Assembly (NCBI GenBank): GCA_965243615.1
Contig: CBDEVO010000003.1
Span: 3,464,383 to 3,528,382, forward strand
Direction: 5' to 3'
From: Vicinamibacterales bacterium
GTDB lineage: Bacteria > Acidobacteriota > Vicinamibacteria > Vicinamibacterales > UBA8438
DNA length: 64,000 bases
Shown: positions 9,245 through 19,180 of the stretch, in pieces
Layout: every line of letters begins with the position of its first letter
How positions within the stretch are numbered: position 1 is the stretch's first letter
The notes under the pieces: model-generated
Database searches by the model: none
The model's input: the letters and a program-made list of their open reading frames with translations, nothing else
Told to the model about the DNA's origin: nothing
Program-made: the position numbers and the translations under genes

Positions 9245-9931
9245 TCAGCCGCCTTCCAGCTCCAGGGCGGCCATCGTCCGGAGCAGCGCCAGCTTCCGGG
9301 TCAGGCCGGCCTGCAGCCGCTCGCGGGCGATGGCGGCGGCGGGATCGGTCGCCGCGGCGGCCCGGCTCTCGGCGATGGCGTCGTCGACGAGGGCCAGGTT
9401 CCTGGTCAGCACGTCGCGGGCGGCGGCCGGGATCGGCGCGCCGGTCCCGATGCGCCGCTCGAGCTCCCGGATGGCGTCGGCGTGAGGCCTCTCGATCTCT
9501 GCCAGCGCGGCCGCCGCGGCCCGGACCGCGGGGTCCGCCGGGTCGGTCGACGCCGGCGACCGGGCGAGGTCGGCGGGGCCGATGACGAGGACGGCGGCCA
9601 TCGCGGCGGCGCCGGCGAGGGCCGCGCCGCCCAGCGGCCACCAGTGTCGCCATCCCACCGCGTTCCGCGGCGGCGGCTCGGCCGACGCGATCCGCCGCCG
9701 GACGTCGTGCCAGACCCGGGCCGGCGGCTCGATCGGCTCGAGAGCGGCGGCGACCGATCGAATCTCGCGCAGGTCCGCGAGCAGGGCCCGGCACGCCTTG
9801 CAGCCGGCGAGATGCTCGTCGAGCGGCCGCCGTTCGCGCGGGTCGAGGGCGTCGTCGACCAGGGCGGCAAGGGCGTCGGCGTGCCGTTCGCAGTCGGGTC
9901 CCCGCGCCGGTTCGTGGTTGCTCTTGCTCAT
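9245..9931 (-). CDS. Zinc-binding (zf-HC2) anti-sigma factor
   Basis: HLAGCKAC (HxxxCxxC), one TM segment, ATGA overlap with the sigma gene. Confidence 0.85.
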   Translation of the reverse strand: MSKSNHEPARGPDCERHADALAALVDDALDPRERRPLDEHLAGCKACRALLADLREIRSVAAALEPIEPPARVWHDVRRRIASAEPPPRNAVGWRHWWPLGGAALAGAAAMAAVLVIGPADLARSPASTDPADPAVRAAAAALAEIERPHADAIRELERRIGTGAPIPAAARDVLTRNLALVDDAIAESRAAAATDPAAAIARERLQAGLTRKLALLRTMAALELEGG

Positions 9932-10464
9932 GGTCGCCTCAACAGGCGGCGGAGCCGCAGGCGCGCCTTGTGCACCTGCGACTTGGAGGTGCCGGTGGCG
10001 ATGCCGAGCCGCTCGGCGACCTCCCGGTGCTCGTACCCCTCGACGTCGTGCAGCACGAAGGCCATTCGGCAGCCGTCCGGGAGTTGCGCGATGGCGCGCT
10101 CGAGGTCGAGGTGCGTGATCGGGCTCGCCCCGGCGTGGTCGGGCGGCGGGTGGTCCGCGTTCAGCGGCTCGGTGACCGCATCCTGCCGGGCGGCGCGGCT
10201 GCGCACGTGGTCGAGGCAGCGGTTGACGGCGAGCCGGTGCAGCCAGGTCCCGAGGGCCGCCTCGCGGCGGAAGCCGCCGAGCTTGCGGTACGCCTGCAGG
10301 AAGATCTCCTGCAGCAGCTCCTCCGCCTCGGCCGCGTTGCCTGCGAACCGGTAGGCCAGCGAGTAGATGCGTTTCGCATGGGTGCGATAGAGCGCCTCGA
10401 AGGCCGACTCGTCGGCGCTCGCCGCGGCCGGCGCCAGCGCGTGGACGACCTGCGTCTCCGCCAT
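9928..10464 (-). CDS. ECF RNA polymerase sigma factor
   Basis: Region 2 (AEELLQEIFLQAY...TWLHRLAVN) and region 4 (LHDVEGYEHREVAERLGIATGTSKSQVHKAR). Confidence 0.92.
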   Translation of the reverse strand: MAETQVVHALAPAAASADESAFEALYRTHAKRIYSLAYRFAGNAAEAEELLQEIFLQAYRKLGGFRREAALGTWLHRLAVNRCLDHVRSRAARQDAVTEPLNADHPPPDHAGASPITHLDLERAIAQLPDGCRMAFVLHDVEGYEHREVAERLGIATGTSKSQVHKARLRLRRLLRRP

Positions 10465-10696
10465 CACTCCCTTGGACGGCAGGGTACGGCCAGGGGTTGC
10501 CGGCGATTCGGGTCTCGGCCGGTCGGACTCTGTGGTTCAGCTTCCGCCGCCGAGACGCGGTTGGCGCCCGAGATTGGAGGTCGTCCGGCCTTGTCGACCA
10601 CGGCCGTGCGATGTCAAGCCATTTCGCGGGCCACACCACTCGTCGGTCCGCAGAATCTCGACCGCGTGCCGCCGGTCGCGAAGCGAGCGCGAGCCG

Positions 10697-12253
10697 TCAG
10701 CCCGATTCCGAGGCCAGCCGCTTGCGCCCCGCCACCACGTCGTAGAAGTCCTCGCCGGCGTCGTCGTCGGCGGTCATCAGCGACACGATGGGGACGACCG
10801 CGAGGGGCACGAAGAAGGTGAAGTACGACGGGTCGACGCCTTCGCCGCCGACGGTGAGCGCCTCGACGAGAAGTCGCACGACGGGCCCCGCCGACTCGGG
10901 GGCGGTCAGGCCGGCCGCGACGGCGATCTTGATCGCCGCGAACCAGACGAGCCCGGCCCCGTAGCCGACGGCCATGCCCCACCACGCGCCCTGCTCGGTG
11001 GTCCGCCGCCAATAGATGAGGTAGCCGAGGGCGACGGCGGGCGGGACCACCATGGCGAAGCCGAACAGCAGCAGGTCGAGGATGGAGATGCTGGTCCGGG
11101 TGGCGACGTACCAGGCCGCGACCGCCGCCGCGAAGGCGTAGACGGTGGTGGTGACGCGGTACGCCTTGAGCCGTTGCTCCTGCGTCCGGCGGCGGGCCGC
11201 CGGCAGCCAGTCGTCGACCACCATGGTGGCGCTCGAGAGCAGGATCGGGCCCCCGGACGAGATGACCGCGGCGAGCACCGCGGCGAGGGCGACCCCGCCG
11301 ACCACCGGGTCGATCTCGGAGGCGAGGGTCGTGAGGTTGCGGTAGCCGCCGAGCCCGGCGTCGAAGCCGTAGCGGGCGGTGGTGAGGACGCCGATCAGGC
11401 CCGCGAGCACCGACATCGCGGCCGCGATCAGTCCCCCGATCAGGAACGCTGGCGCGATCTGCCGCTCGGTGCGGGCCGCCGTCGAGTAGTTCGTGTACAC
11501 CGAGGCGGCCGGCGTGTGCACCGACGCCGCGAAGAACATCCCGATGACGGGGAGCCACCCCGCCCCCGCGAACCCCCACCAGGCCGTCTCGCTCCGGGAG
11601 GCCGCCTCGAGCTGGTCGCCGACGGCCGCGGTGACGGCGGGCCAGCCCCCGAGCTGCTCGATGCCGGCCAGCCCCACCCAGAGGAGGCCGACGAGCACCA
11701 CCGAGCAGTGGATGAGGTTGGTGACCGCGGTGCCCCACAGCCCGCCGAGGGAGACGTAGGTGGAGAAGATGACGGCGGCCACCATGACCCCGCCGAACAT
11801 CGAGAGGGGCGTCAGGGTGCTCAGGATGACCCCGATGACGTAGGCCTCGATGAGGTTGACGACGACGTACTCGGTCTGGACGCACAGGCTCGTGAGCCAC
11901 TGGCACCGCCGGGTGCCGAAGCGGATGGTGAACAGCTCGCCGACCGTGTGCAGCCGGAAGCGCCGGTAGTAGACGCCGAAGAAGATGCCGACGATGGCGA
12001 GGGCGAGGAACGTGTTGATGCCGTACCACCACAGGTTCCAGACGCCGCCGGTGATGACGTCGCCGGCCACCCCGTAGGTGCCCGCGCCCCCGATGCGGGT
12101 GCCGGCGACCCCGAAGGCGACCATCGCGGTGGACATGCCGCCGCCGGCCACCGCCCACCCCGCCGAGCTGCCGGCCCGGCGGGCCATGAGGCTGCCGACG
12201 GCGGTGGCCGCCACCAGGTAGACGACGATGATCGCGGGCGCGATGGCGTCCAT
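10697..12253 (-). CDS. Sodium:solute symporter (SSS) family transporter
   Basis: About 13 TM helices, YVSLGGLWGTAVTN, AAVLAAVISS. Confidence 0.88.
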   Translation of the reverse strand: MDAIAPAIIVVYLVAATAVGSLMARRAGSSAGWAVAGGGMSTAMVAFGVAGTRIGGAGTYGVAGDVITGGVWNLWWYGINTFLALAIVGIFFGVYYRRFRLHTVGELFTIRFGTRRCQWLTSLCVQTEYVVVNLIEAYVIGVILSTLTPLSMFGGVMVAAVIFSTYVSLGGLWGTAVTNLIHCSVVLVGLLWVGLAGIEQLGGWPAVTAAVGDQLEAASRSETAWWGFAGAGWLPVIGMFFAASVHTPAASVYTNYSTAARTERQIAPAFLIGGLIAAAMSVLAGLIGVLTTARYGFDAGLGGYRNLTTLASEIDPVVGGVALAAVLAAVISSGGPILLSSATMVVDDWLPAARRRTQEQRLKAYRVTTTVYAFAAAVAAWYVATRTSISILDLLLFGFAMVVPPAVALGYLIYWRRTTEQGAWWGMAVGYGAGLVWFAAIKIAVAAGLTAPESAGPVVRLLVEALTVGGEGVDPSYFTFFVPLAVVPIVSLMTADDDAGEDFYDVVAGRKRLASESG

Positions 12254-12301
12254 GCGCGGGCTCCTTCGGCCGGCTCGACCGGGCGGCACGCCCGGCCTGC
12301 G

Positions 12302-12853
12302 TCACGCCGGGGCGGTCAGCGCGGCGAGGATGTCGTCCAGCGCGTCACGCGCCTTCGCCCGCATCTCGTCGTCGGTGGCGTCCTGGATCGGATGCGGCAC
12401 GAAGACCGAGCCGCTTGCGATTTCCGGCATGCCGAGCGCTTCCGCCTGCATCCGGGCGGGGCGGACGAACTCGCTCGACGCCACCATGACGGCGGGAATG
12501 CCGCGGGCCTCGTAGTCGACCAGGTCGTGCACACTGCACGACGTGCAGGACCCTCAATCGGCGAGGGCCTGGATGACGGCCCGGCACCGCGCCCCCACCT
12601 CCTCCCGCAGGTCGTCCGGGGCCGGCTTGGTGTAGGTCGGCTTGCGGAGGCGGATGACGTCGAGCGAAGGGAACCGCTCGCGGACGAGCCGCTCCACCTC
12701 GTCGCAAAAGACGTCGCCCCGCGCCTTCGCGATGTCGATGATGCCCAGCGCGCCCTCGAGGCGGGCGGGCCGGGCCGCGGGCTGCCGCCCCATGGGGGCG
12801 CGCTCGTCGGTGGGGTCGAGAATGACCGGGGACTCGTTGTGCATGTCGTTCAC
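12302..12853 (-). CDS. UGSC-family selenoprotein (in-frame TGA at 12554-12556 read as Sec)
   Basis: Two ORF-track fragments join in one frame: ...VIQALAD-TGA-GSCTSCSVHDLVDYEARGIP...; the GTG start overlaps the upstream stop (GTGA); hairpin 11 nt after the UGA. Confidence 0.85.
12524..12542 (-). promoter_or_regulatory. Candidate bacterial SECIS element
   Basis: GUCGUGCA-GUG-UGCACGAC stem-loop with a G-initiated loop, starting 11 nt 3' of the UGA. Confidence 0.6.
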
Positions 12854-14505
12854 CCTAGTGTAGTGTCCGTGATCTTCCGCGTCACCGCGGTCGAGCCGGC
12901 GGCGCCGCTCGCCCAGCCGCCCACCACGGCCGAGAACTTCCCGGCGGTGCCGCCGGCCACGACTATCAGGATGTCGTCGTCGCGGCGGAACTTGGGCAGG
13001 GGCGTGTCGAGCGCCTCCGGCGTCGGGCGGCCGTCCGGGCCGAGGAGCTCCGGGGGCAGGGCGCCGGGGACCATGCCCTTCCGGCACTCGTCGTCGGGCA
13101 GCAGCTCCCGCAGGGGCCTCGCCGTCGCCTCCTGGATGCGGGCTCGCAGGTCGGCTTTGGTGTAGCCGTCGCGCGCGAACGTCCTCGCGTGCTCGGGGCT
13201 GACCACCAGCAGCACCTCGCCCATGCGGTGCAGCCGGGGGTGCGCCACCGTCTCCATGCACCACCCCATGCTGGCCCCGAGCGACCGCGCCGTCCGCGAG
13301 AGCTGGTCGCGGATGGCCCGCGGCCCCTCGCCCGCGAAGACGGTGACGGTGCTGGCCCCGGCCGGGAACCCGCGCTCGACGTGCAGCGGCTCCCAGGCGC
13401 TCACCTCCTCGTGCTCGCCGATGCAGCAGGTGAACTTGCCCGGCTGGCCGAGGGTCGACATGTCGACCTCGCCGGGCCGGCCGCCCCCGACGTTGCGCAC
13501 CAGGAGCTGCAGCGCCCGCCCGATGGTCGCGTTGGCCCGGAACCCCTGCCCGAAGACGTTGCCGCCGCAGTTGAGGCCGATGCGTGCCCGGATCGGCCCG
13601 TTGACGACGATGACCGGCGTCGCGAAGTAGGTCGTGGCCAGCACCCCGTGCAGGTTGAACGTGTCGGTGCAGGCGGCCTCGGCGGCGGCGATGACCACCG
13701 GCAGGTACTCGGGCCGGCAGCCGGCCATGACCGCGTTGATGGCGACCTTCTCCACCGTGGCGGGGGCGAGGTTCGGGGGCACGTGGGCCACGACGTCGGA
13801 CGCCGGCCGGCTCGTGCCCGCGAGCATCCGCAGCACCCGGTCCTCGGTCGGGGGCACCACCGGCAGCCCGTCGCCGAGACCCTGCGACGCCATGAACTCG
13901 AACGGATCGTCGTCGACGGGGATGCGCACCCGCCGTGCCCCCAGCGTCGCCGCGCCGCGCCTCACGGCGAGGCGTCGGGCCACCTCGGGGTCGTGGACCT
14001 TCGAGCCGCACCCCGGACGATGCTCGGGCAGGCCGTCCTCGTCGCGGACGATCTCGGGCGCGGCGACGCTGCACGCCGCCGCCGCCTCGGCGATCAGCGC
14101 CAGCAGGTCCTGCTTCACGAACCCCTCGAAGCTGCGCCGGACGCGGCGGGCGGCGCCGGCCAGCACGAGGGCGGGCACCGCGTCGAACCCGTAGTCGGCC
14201 GACACCGTGAGGTCGCCGTCGAGGGCCACGTCGAAGCTCAGGCCGTGCCGCTCCACGAAGCCGGCGGTGTCGGCGTCGGGGTCCTGCGACACCCCCGTGA
14301 CCCGCAGGCCGTGCGGCCCGAGGGCGCGGTGGAGCCGCTCGACGAGCGGGGCCGTCAGCTCGCACGTCGCGCAGTCGTGCTTGAAGAAGAAGAGCAGGGT
14401 GGCCCCGGGCGCGTCGGCGTCGCCGTCGAACGCGAGGGTGCCGCCGTGCCGGTCGGTCAGCGAGAACGCCGGCGCCTCGGTGCCGGCCGTGGGCAGGTCG
14501 GACAT
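12850..14505 (-). CDS. AhpC/TSA (TlpA-like) redoxin fused to an uncharacterised DGLP-motif domain (UGSC partner)
   Basis: APAFSL...FFKHDCATC (CxxC), RPGCGSK linker, then DGLPVVPPTE...KVAINAVMAGC...RANATIGRAL domain. Confidence 0.8.
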   Translation of the reverse strand: MSDLPTAGTEAPAFSLTDRHGGTLAFDGDADAPGATLLFFFKHDCATCELTAPLVERLHRALGPHGLRVTGVSQDPDADTAGFVERHGLSFDVALDGDLTVSADYGFDAVPALVLAGAARRVRRSFEGFVKQDLLALIAEAAAACSVAAPEIVRDEDGLPEHRPGCGSKVHDPEVARRLAVRRGAATLGARRVRIPVDDDPFEFMASQGLGDGLPVVPPTEDRVLRMLAGTSRPASDVVAHVPPNLAPATVEKVAINAVMAGCRPEYLPVVIAAAEAACTDTFNLHGVLATTYFATPVIVVNGPIRARIGLNCGGNVFGQGFRANATIGRALQLLVRNVGGGRPGEVDMSTLGQPGKFTCCIGEHEEVSAWEPLHVERGFPAGASTVTVFAGEGPRAIRDQLSRTARSLGASMGWCMETVAHPRLHRMGEVLLVVSPEHARTFARDGYTKADLRARIQEATARPLRELLPDDECRKGMVPGALPPELLGPDGRPTPEALDTPLPKFRRDDDILIVVAGGTAGKFSAVVGGWASGAAGSTAVTRKITDTTLG

Positions 14506-14651
14506 GGCGGAGAGTTTACCCCGATGCGGCGCTCGCGCCCCAGGGGCGTCGGCGGGCGCCTCCGCGGCCGGCTGGAGTACCATGTTCGCGCTGGTCGGAC
14601 GGGTGCGTTCAGGGTGGGAGACGGTTTCCGGCCCACCGCCGCAGGGGAAGC

Positions 14652-15038
14652 ATGAGCCGAGAAGTCTCGCTGTCGATGATGCTGGTGGCCGCGGCGGGCC
14701 TGATGGCGGGGTGCGACTCCGTCGGCTCCCTCAATCCCTTCTCGCCCGGCGACGAGGACCTGCAGCCGTCGTTCGCGGAGTTCGTCTCGGATCAGACGTG
14801 GACGGTCGGCGTCGCCATCCACATGTCGCTGCCGGCCGCGACCGGCGGGAACCCGCCCCTGACCTACCGCCTCTCGCCGGAGCTCCAGGCCGGGCTGACC
14901 TTCGACGCCGCCGCGCGTACGATCTCCGGCACCCCGACCGCGGTTCAGTCGGCAACCACCTACGTCTACTCGGCGACCGACGACGACGACGACACCGCGT
15001 CCATCCAGTTCCAGGCCAGCGTGGTCGCGGCTCCGTAG
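14652..15038 (+). CDS. Small lipoprotein with putative Ig (He_PIG-like) domain
   Basis: Lipobox LMAGC; LPAATGGNPPLTYRLSPELQAGLTFDAAARTISGTPT. Confidence 0.75.
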   Translation: MSREVSLSMMLVAAAGLMAGCDSVGSLNPFSPGDEDLQPSFAEFVSDQTWTVGVAIHMSLPAATGGNPPLTYRLSPELQAGLTFDAAARTISGTPTAVQSATTYVYSATDDDDDTASIQFQASVVAAP

Positions 15039-15058
15039 AGTCGTGACGCGGACGGTGA

Positions 15059-15083
15059 TGCCCGCGCGGCGAGTGCGCGGGCA
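15059..15083. terminator. Hairpin between convergent genes
   Basis: TGCCCGCGC-GGCGAGT-GCGCGGGCA. Confidence 0.4.
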
Positions 15084-15133
15084 GCCCCGCCTTTCTTCGC
15101 AGCGGCGAGCGCCGTCGTGGCGTCCGGCGGAGA

Positions 15134-16120
15134 TCACGTGGCCGCAAGCAGCTCCGCGTACAGGTCGTAGAAGGCGCCGACGTCGAGATCCAGCATGACC
15201 TCGACGGGCCGGCCGCGGGGGTCGTCCGGTGCGGTTACGGTGGTGGCGCCGCACGCGGGGCCGAACGCCGTCTCGACCGCGACGGGCAGCGTCTCCGACA
15301 CCGTCACCACCGACGGGTCGATGAGCCACGCCGCGGTGATGCAGTCCCAGACGTAGTAGGTCGCGGCGGGGTCGCGGGCGTAGCGGGGCCCCATGTGGTG
15401 CTGCATGAGCCGGGTGAGCGGGGTGTCCGCGGCGACGATGCGGTCGAAGAGCGCCTTGCGCACCGGGGCGTGGTTGGTGATGTCGAGGCCGAACATCACG
15501 ACGGAGGGCACGCCGGCCCGGAGCACCTCGGCCGCCGCGTCGGGATCGAACCAGAGGTTGAACTCCGCCGCCGGCGTCACGTTCCCCGGCACCCGTGCGG
15601 CCCCGCCCATGAAGACGAGGCGCTTGACGCGGGGCGCGAGGTCGGGGCGGGCGCGGAACACGTGCGCGAGGTTGGTCATGGGCCCGACCGCGACGAGGGT
15701 GACCTCGTCCGGCCGCCGCTCGATGGTGTCGATGATGAACGATGTTGCGTCGGCCGGCCGGGGACGGACGGCGGCGAAGCGCCCCCCGTGCGGCAGGCGC
15801 ACGTCGGGCCCCTCGTCGAAGGCGCCCTTGAACGAGATCGGCCCCCACTGCGCTTCCTGCCGCGCCGCTCGTTCGGGGGTGTTGACGAGGGGAACGCGCG
15901 CGCCCAGGTGAAGCGGGACGTCAGCCGCCCCCACCAACTCCAGCAGGTGCAGCATGTGCTCGGCGCCCTGCGGGACGGTGTGGTTGCCGGCGACCACCGT
16001 GACCCCGAGCACGTCGACCCGGTCGGGCCGCCGGAGGAGCATCGCCAGGGCCGCCGCGTCGTCGTTGAAGACGGCCGAATCCGTATCGAAGATGATGAGC
16101 TCGGGCTCAGAATCGGACAT
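15134..16120 (-). CDS. Nucleoside hydrolase (IU/IAG-NH family)
   Basis: DTDSAVFNDD Asp-rich motif, GPMTNLA, AEFNLWFDP, WD near the C-terminus. Confidence 0.9.
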   Translation of the reverse strand: MSDSEPELIIFDTDSAVFNDDAAALAMLLRRPDRVDVLGVTVVAGNHTVPQGAEHMLHLLELVGAADVPLHLGARVPLVNTPERAARQEAQWGPISFKGAFDEGPDVRLPHGGRFAAVRPRPADATSFIIDTIERRPDEVTLVAVGPMTNLAHVFRARPDLAPRVKRLVFMGGAARVPGNVTPAAEFNLWFDPDAAAEVLRAGVPSVVMFGLDITNHAPVRKALFDRIVAADTPLTRLMQHHMGPRYARDPAATYYVWDCITAAWLIDPSVVTVSETLPVAVETAFGPACGATTVTAPDDPRGRPVEVMLDLDVGAFYDLYAELLAAT

Positions 16121-19100
16121 TGACCCCCACCTGGGCCCGCCGGGTGTCGCCGAGCCCGCTACGAATGGTGCCGTCGAAGTTGAAGAGCAGCGACCCCTGG
16201 GCGGTGTCGAGGATGTTGTCGGCGTTCAGGACGTTGAACACCTCGAAGACCGGCTCGACCGTGGCGCCGTTCCGGAGGCCGAAGCGCCGGGCGAGCCGCA
16301 GGTCCCACGTCACGAACTCGTTCTCGCGGCGCAGCGTGTTGCGCCGGAGGATCGACCCGTCGGCGCAGATCCGGTCGGAGGGCTGCGCGGCGCGCGTCCC
16401 CGGGGCGGCGCACCGCTCGGACACCGGCGACGCCGACAGGTACTGGAACGCGTTGTCGAACCGCACGTCGCCGGGCAGGGTGAGCAGGACGTAGCCGTTC
16501 GCCCCGTGTCGCCGGTCGCGGTCGGACCAGCCGAACTCGGGCGCGAGGTCGGCGGCGGTCGCGTAGCGGAAGACGAACGGGTCACGCTCGTTGTCGTCGT
16601 CGGAGCGGTCGAACGCGAGCGTGTAGTTGGTCTCGAACGTCAGCCGGCCCCCGAGCGCGTCCCGCCCCCGCAGGCCGAGGGTCAGCCCGTGGTAGCGCGA
16701 GCGGGCGCTGCTCTCGGTCACGGTCAGGGCGCCGAGGCCGCCGCCGGTCGGGTGCGTGCCGAGGCCGAACGGCGCGCCGAGGACGGGGTCGTTCCGGTTG
16801 ACGAAGCGGAACAGGTCGTCGGTGCGCGCGTGGGTGAACGTGACGCTCGCGGCGAGGCCGCGCCCGAGGTCCCGGTCGACGGCGGCGCTGAACGACCACG
16901 TGCGCGGCAGCTCCAGGTTGCGATCCGCGACGTGGACGTCGGGCAGGAACGGCAGGGTCGCGGCGCCGTCGATCTGGCCGTCGAGGGCCGGCACCGGCCC
17001 GAGCGCCGGCGAGGCGGCGCTGCTGCGGAAGATGATCTGCTGGAAGGCGCCGTTGGTGGTGCGGTGCTGCGCGAAGACCAGCATCGGGATGCGCGCGACG
17101 TAGGAGCCGGCGTTCGCCCGCACCACCGTGCGGCCATCGCCCCCGACGTCCCACGCCATCCCCACGCGGGGCTGGAAGTTGTCGAGGTCGTGGGGGATGC
17201 GGCCGTCGGAAGGGAAGCGCGGATCGTCGAGGTAGGGGGCGAAGAACGTCTCCTCCGGCGCGACGAACATGTCGGGGTGCCACGAGCCCTCCCAGCGGAG
17301 GCCGAGGTCGAGGGTCAGCCGGTCGTGCGGGGTCCACGTGTCCTGCAGGAAGAGCCCCAGCTCCTGGGTCCGGAGCTGCTGCCGCCCGAGCTGTTCGGGG
17401 GGCACCCCCGGCACCGTCGCTGACTGCAGGTAGAGCAGCACCGGCCCGGTGATCTCCGCCCCCGCCGGGCAGACCCCCACGTCGCTGCTCGAGCCGTCCG
17501 AGCAGGTGACGTAGCGGTTGCCGCGGGTCGCGAAGTTCATGAAGCCCGAGACCGAGTCGAAGAGATAGCGGCTGTTGGCGAACCCGATGAACTGCTGGCC
17601 GGCGCCGGTCCGGTTGTACTCCACGCCCGCCTTGACGAGGTGGCGGCCCACGAGGACCGAGGCGTTGTCGAGCACCTGGAGGCGGTTGTCGTAGGCGGGG
17701 TCGATCGGCAGGAAGAACGGTAGCCCGATGCGGAAGCCGTCGGCGAAGTCCATCCCGATGTCGGGAAAGGGGCGTCCTCCGAGGCGATCGAACTGCGGCG
17801 GGCCGGGCAGCGCCGCCCCCGGCATGAGCGGGCCGTCGTACCAGCGGGGCCGGTCCTCGCGCGCCCACTGCACGCGGAACTCGTTCGACAACGTGTTGCC
17901 GAGGAGCGAGCGCAGCCCGGCGTTGAACGCGTGCGACCGGTCGCCCTCGATGCCGTTGGCCGAGCGCCCCCACGAGTCGACGTCGAAGGTGCCGTTCACC
18001 TGCTCGGACCACGTGTGGTTGTACTTGCCGCTGAGCTGGTGGCGGGCGTCGAGGGTGACGTCGATCTTGGCGAGGAGCGACCGGGCGTCGTCGGTGCGGC
18101 GGATGGGCCCGAACTCGTCGTCGAAGAGGCCCGGCCAGCGGGCCTGCAGGAACGTCTCGAGCCGGGCCAGCTCGGCCGGGTTCACGACGCGGCGCTCCAC
18201 CTGTCGGGTCTCGGCCGCCGCCTGCTGGTCGTAGGCGACGAAGTAGAACGCGCGGTCGCGCACGAGGGGGCCGCCCAAGGTGCCGCCGAGCTGGTTGCGC
18301 CCGAAGTCGGGCTCGCCGCCCCCCCGGGCGGGCGAGTGGGCGGCGGATATCTCGTCCCACTGCCCGAAGTAGTGGGCCGACCCGCTCGCGTCGTTCGTCC
18401 CCGACTTGGTGATGACGTTGACGAAGCCGCCGGCCGAGCGGCCGAACTCGGCCGTCGCCCCCTGGTTCACCACCACGATTTCCTCGATCGCGTCCTGGTT
18501 GAAGGTGAACGCTGGCCGCTGGCCGCCCCGCTGCTCGCCGAAGAAGGGGTTGTTGAAGTCGGCCCCGTCGACGATGACGTTGTTGAAGATGCCGCGCTGG
18601 CCGGCGATGTTGAGGACGTCGCCGTCGGGCCCCTGCGAGATGGACGCCCCCGGCGTCAGGAGGGCGAGGTCGAGGTAGTTGCGGCCGTTGCTGGGCAGCC
18701 GGTCGACCACCTCCTCGGCCACCCGCTGCGAGCTCGTCACGTCTGCCGTCGAGACCAGGCGCGCGGTGTCCGCGGCCACCGTGACCGTCTCCGCCGCCAC
18801 CACCCGCAGGTCGACCGCGAGGTCGAGGGTCTCGCCCACCCGCAGCGCCGCGCCCTCGATGCGCTCGACCCCGTACCCGCCGTCCGCCGTCACCGTGAGG
18901 TCGTAGGTGCCCGGCGGCAGGAGGGTACGCACGAACGTGCCGGCCGGCGTGGTCTCGACGATGGTCTGCAGGTCGGTCTCGCGGTGCAGGACGACGATGA
19001 CCGCGCGGGGCATGGGCTGGCCGAGCGGATCGCGGACCACGCCCCGGATGACGCCCGTCGTCGCCCCGGCCTGGGCCGCCGCGTCGGGGGCCTCGGCTGC

Positions 19101-19163
19101 GAGCAGGGCCAACGCGGCCGCCCCGATCAGGCGGGCTCGAGCCGAATTCGGAGCCGTGGTCAT
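16107..19163 (-). CDS. TonB-dependent receptor (Oar-like, carboxypeptidase-regulatory N-domain)
   Basis: Signal peptide, LPSNGRNYLDL, AEFGRSAGGFVNVITKSGTN plug, C-terminal Phe (VNVRF). Confidence 0.92.
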   Translation of the reverse strand: MTTAPNSARARLIGAAALALLAAEAPDAAAQAGATTGVIRGVVRDPLGQPMPRAVIVVLHRETDLQTIVETTPAGTFVRTLLPPGTYDLTVTADGGYGVERIEGAALRVGETLDLAVDLRVVAAETVTVAADTARLVSTADVTSSQRVAEEVVDRLPSNGRNYLDLALLTPGASISQGPDGDVLNIAGQRGIFNNVIVDGADFNNPFFGEQRGGQRPAFTFNQDAIEEIVVVNQGATAEFGRSAGGFVNVITKSGTNDASGSAHYFGQWDEISAAHSPARGGGEPDFGRNQLGGTLGGPLVRDRAFYFVAYDQQAAAETRQVERRVVNPAELARLETFLQARWPGLFDDEFGPIRRTDDARSLLAKIDVTLDARHQLSGKYNHTWSEQVNGTFDVDSWGRSANGIEGDRSHAFNAGLRSLLGNTLSNEFRVQWAREDRPRWYDGPLMPGAALPGPPQFDRLGGRPFPDIGMDFADGFRIGLPFFLPIDPAYDNRLQVLDNASVLVGRHLVKAGVEYNRTGAGQQFIGFANSRYLFDSVSGFMNFATRGNRYVTCSDGSSSDVGVCPAGAEITGPVLLYLQSATVPGVPPEQLGRQQLRTQELGLFLQDTWTPHDRLTLDLGLRWEGSWHPDMFVAPEETFFAPYLDDPRFPSDGRIPHDLDNFQPRVGMAWDVGGDGRTVVRANAGSYVARIPMLVFAQHRTTNGAFQQIIFRSSAASPALGPVPALDGQIDGAATLPFLPDVHVADRNLELPRTWSFSAAVDRDLGRGLAASVTFTHARTDDLFRFVNRNDPVLGAPFGLGTHPTGGGLGALTVTESSARSRYHGLTLGLRGRDALGGRLTFETNYTLAFDRSDDDNERDPFVFRYATAADLAPEFGWSDRDRRHGANGYVLLTLPGDVRFDNAFQYLSASPVSERCAAPGTRAAQPSDRICADGSILRRNTLRRENEFVTWDLRLARRFGLRNGATVEPVFEVFNVLNADNILDTAQGSLLFNFDGTIRSGLGDTRRAQVGVNVRF

Positions 19164-19180
19164 CGTCGGCTTGTCGAACG

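Noticed and set aside
10540-10620. Reverse-orientation copy of the ~80-bp repeat
   Set aside because: Only short patches (TTGGCGCCC, GTCCGG) match; not distinguishable from chance by eye.
12302-12532. Stand-alone 76-aa ORF, or a pseudogene call at the TGA
   Set aside because: Better explained as the C-terminal part of a UGSC selenoprotein read through UGA.
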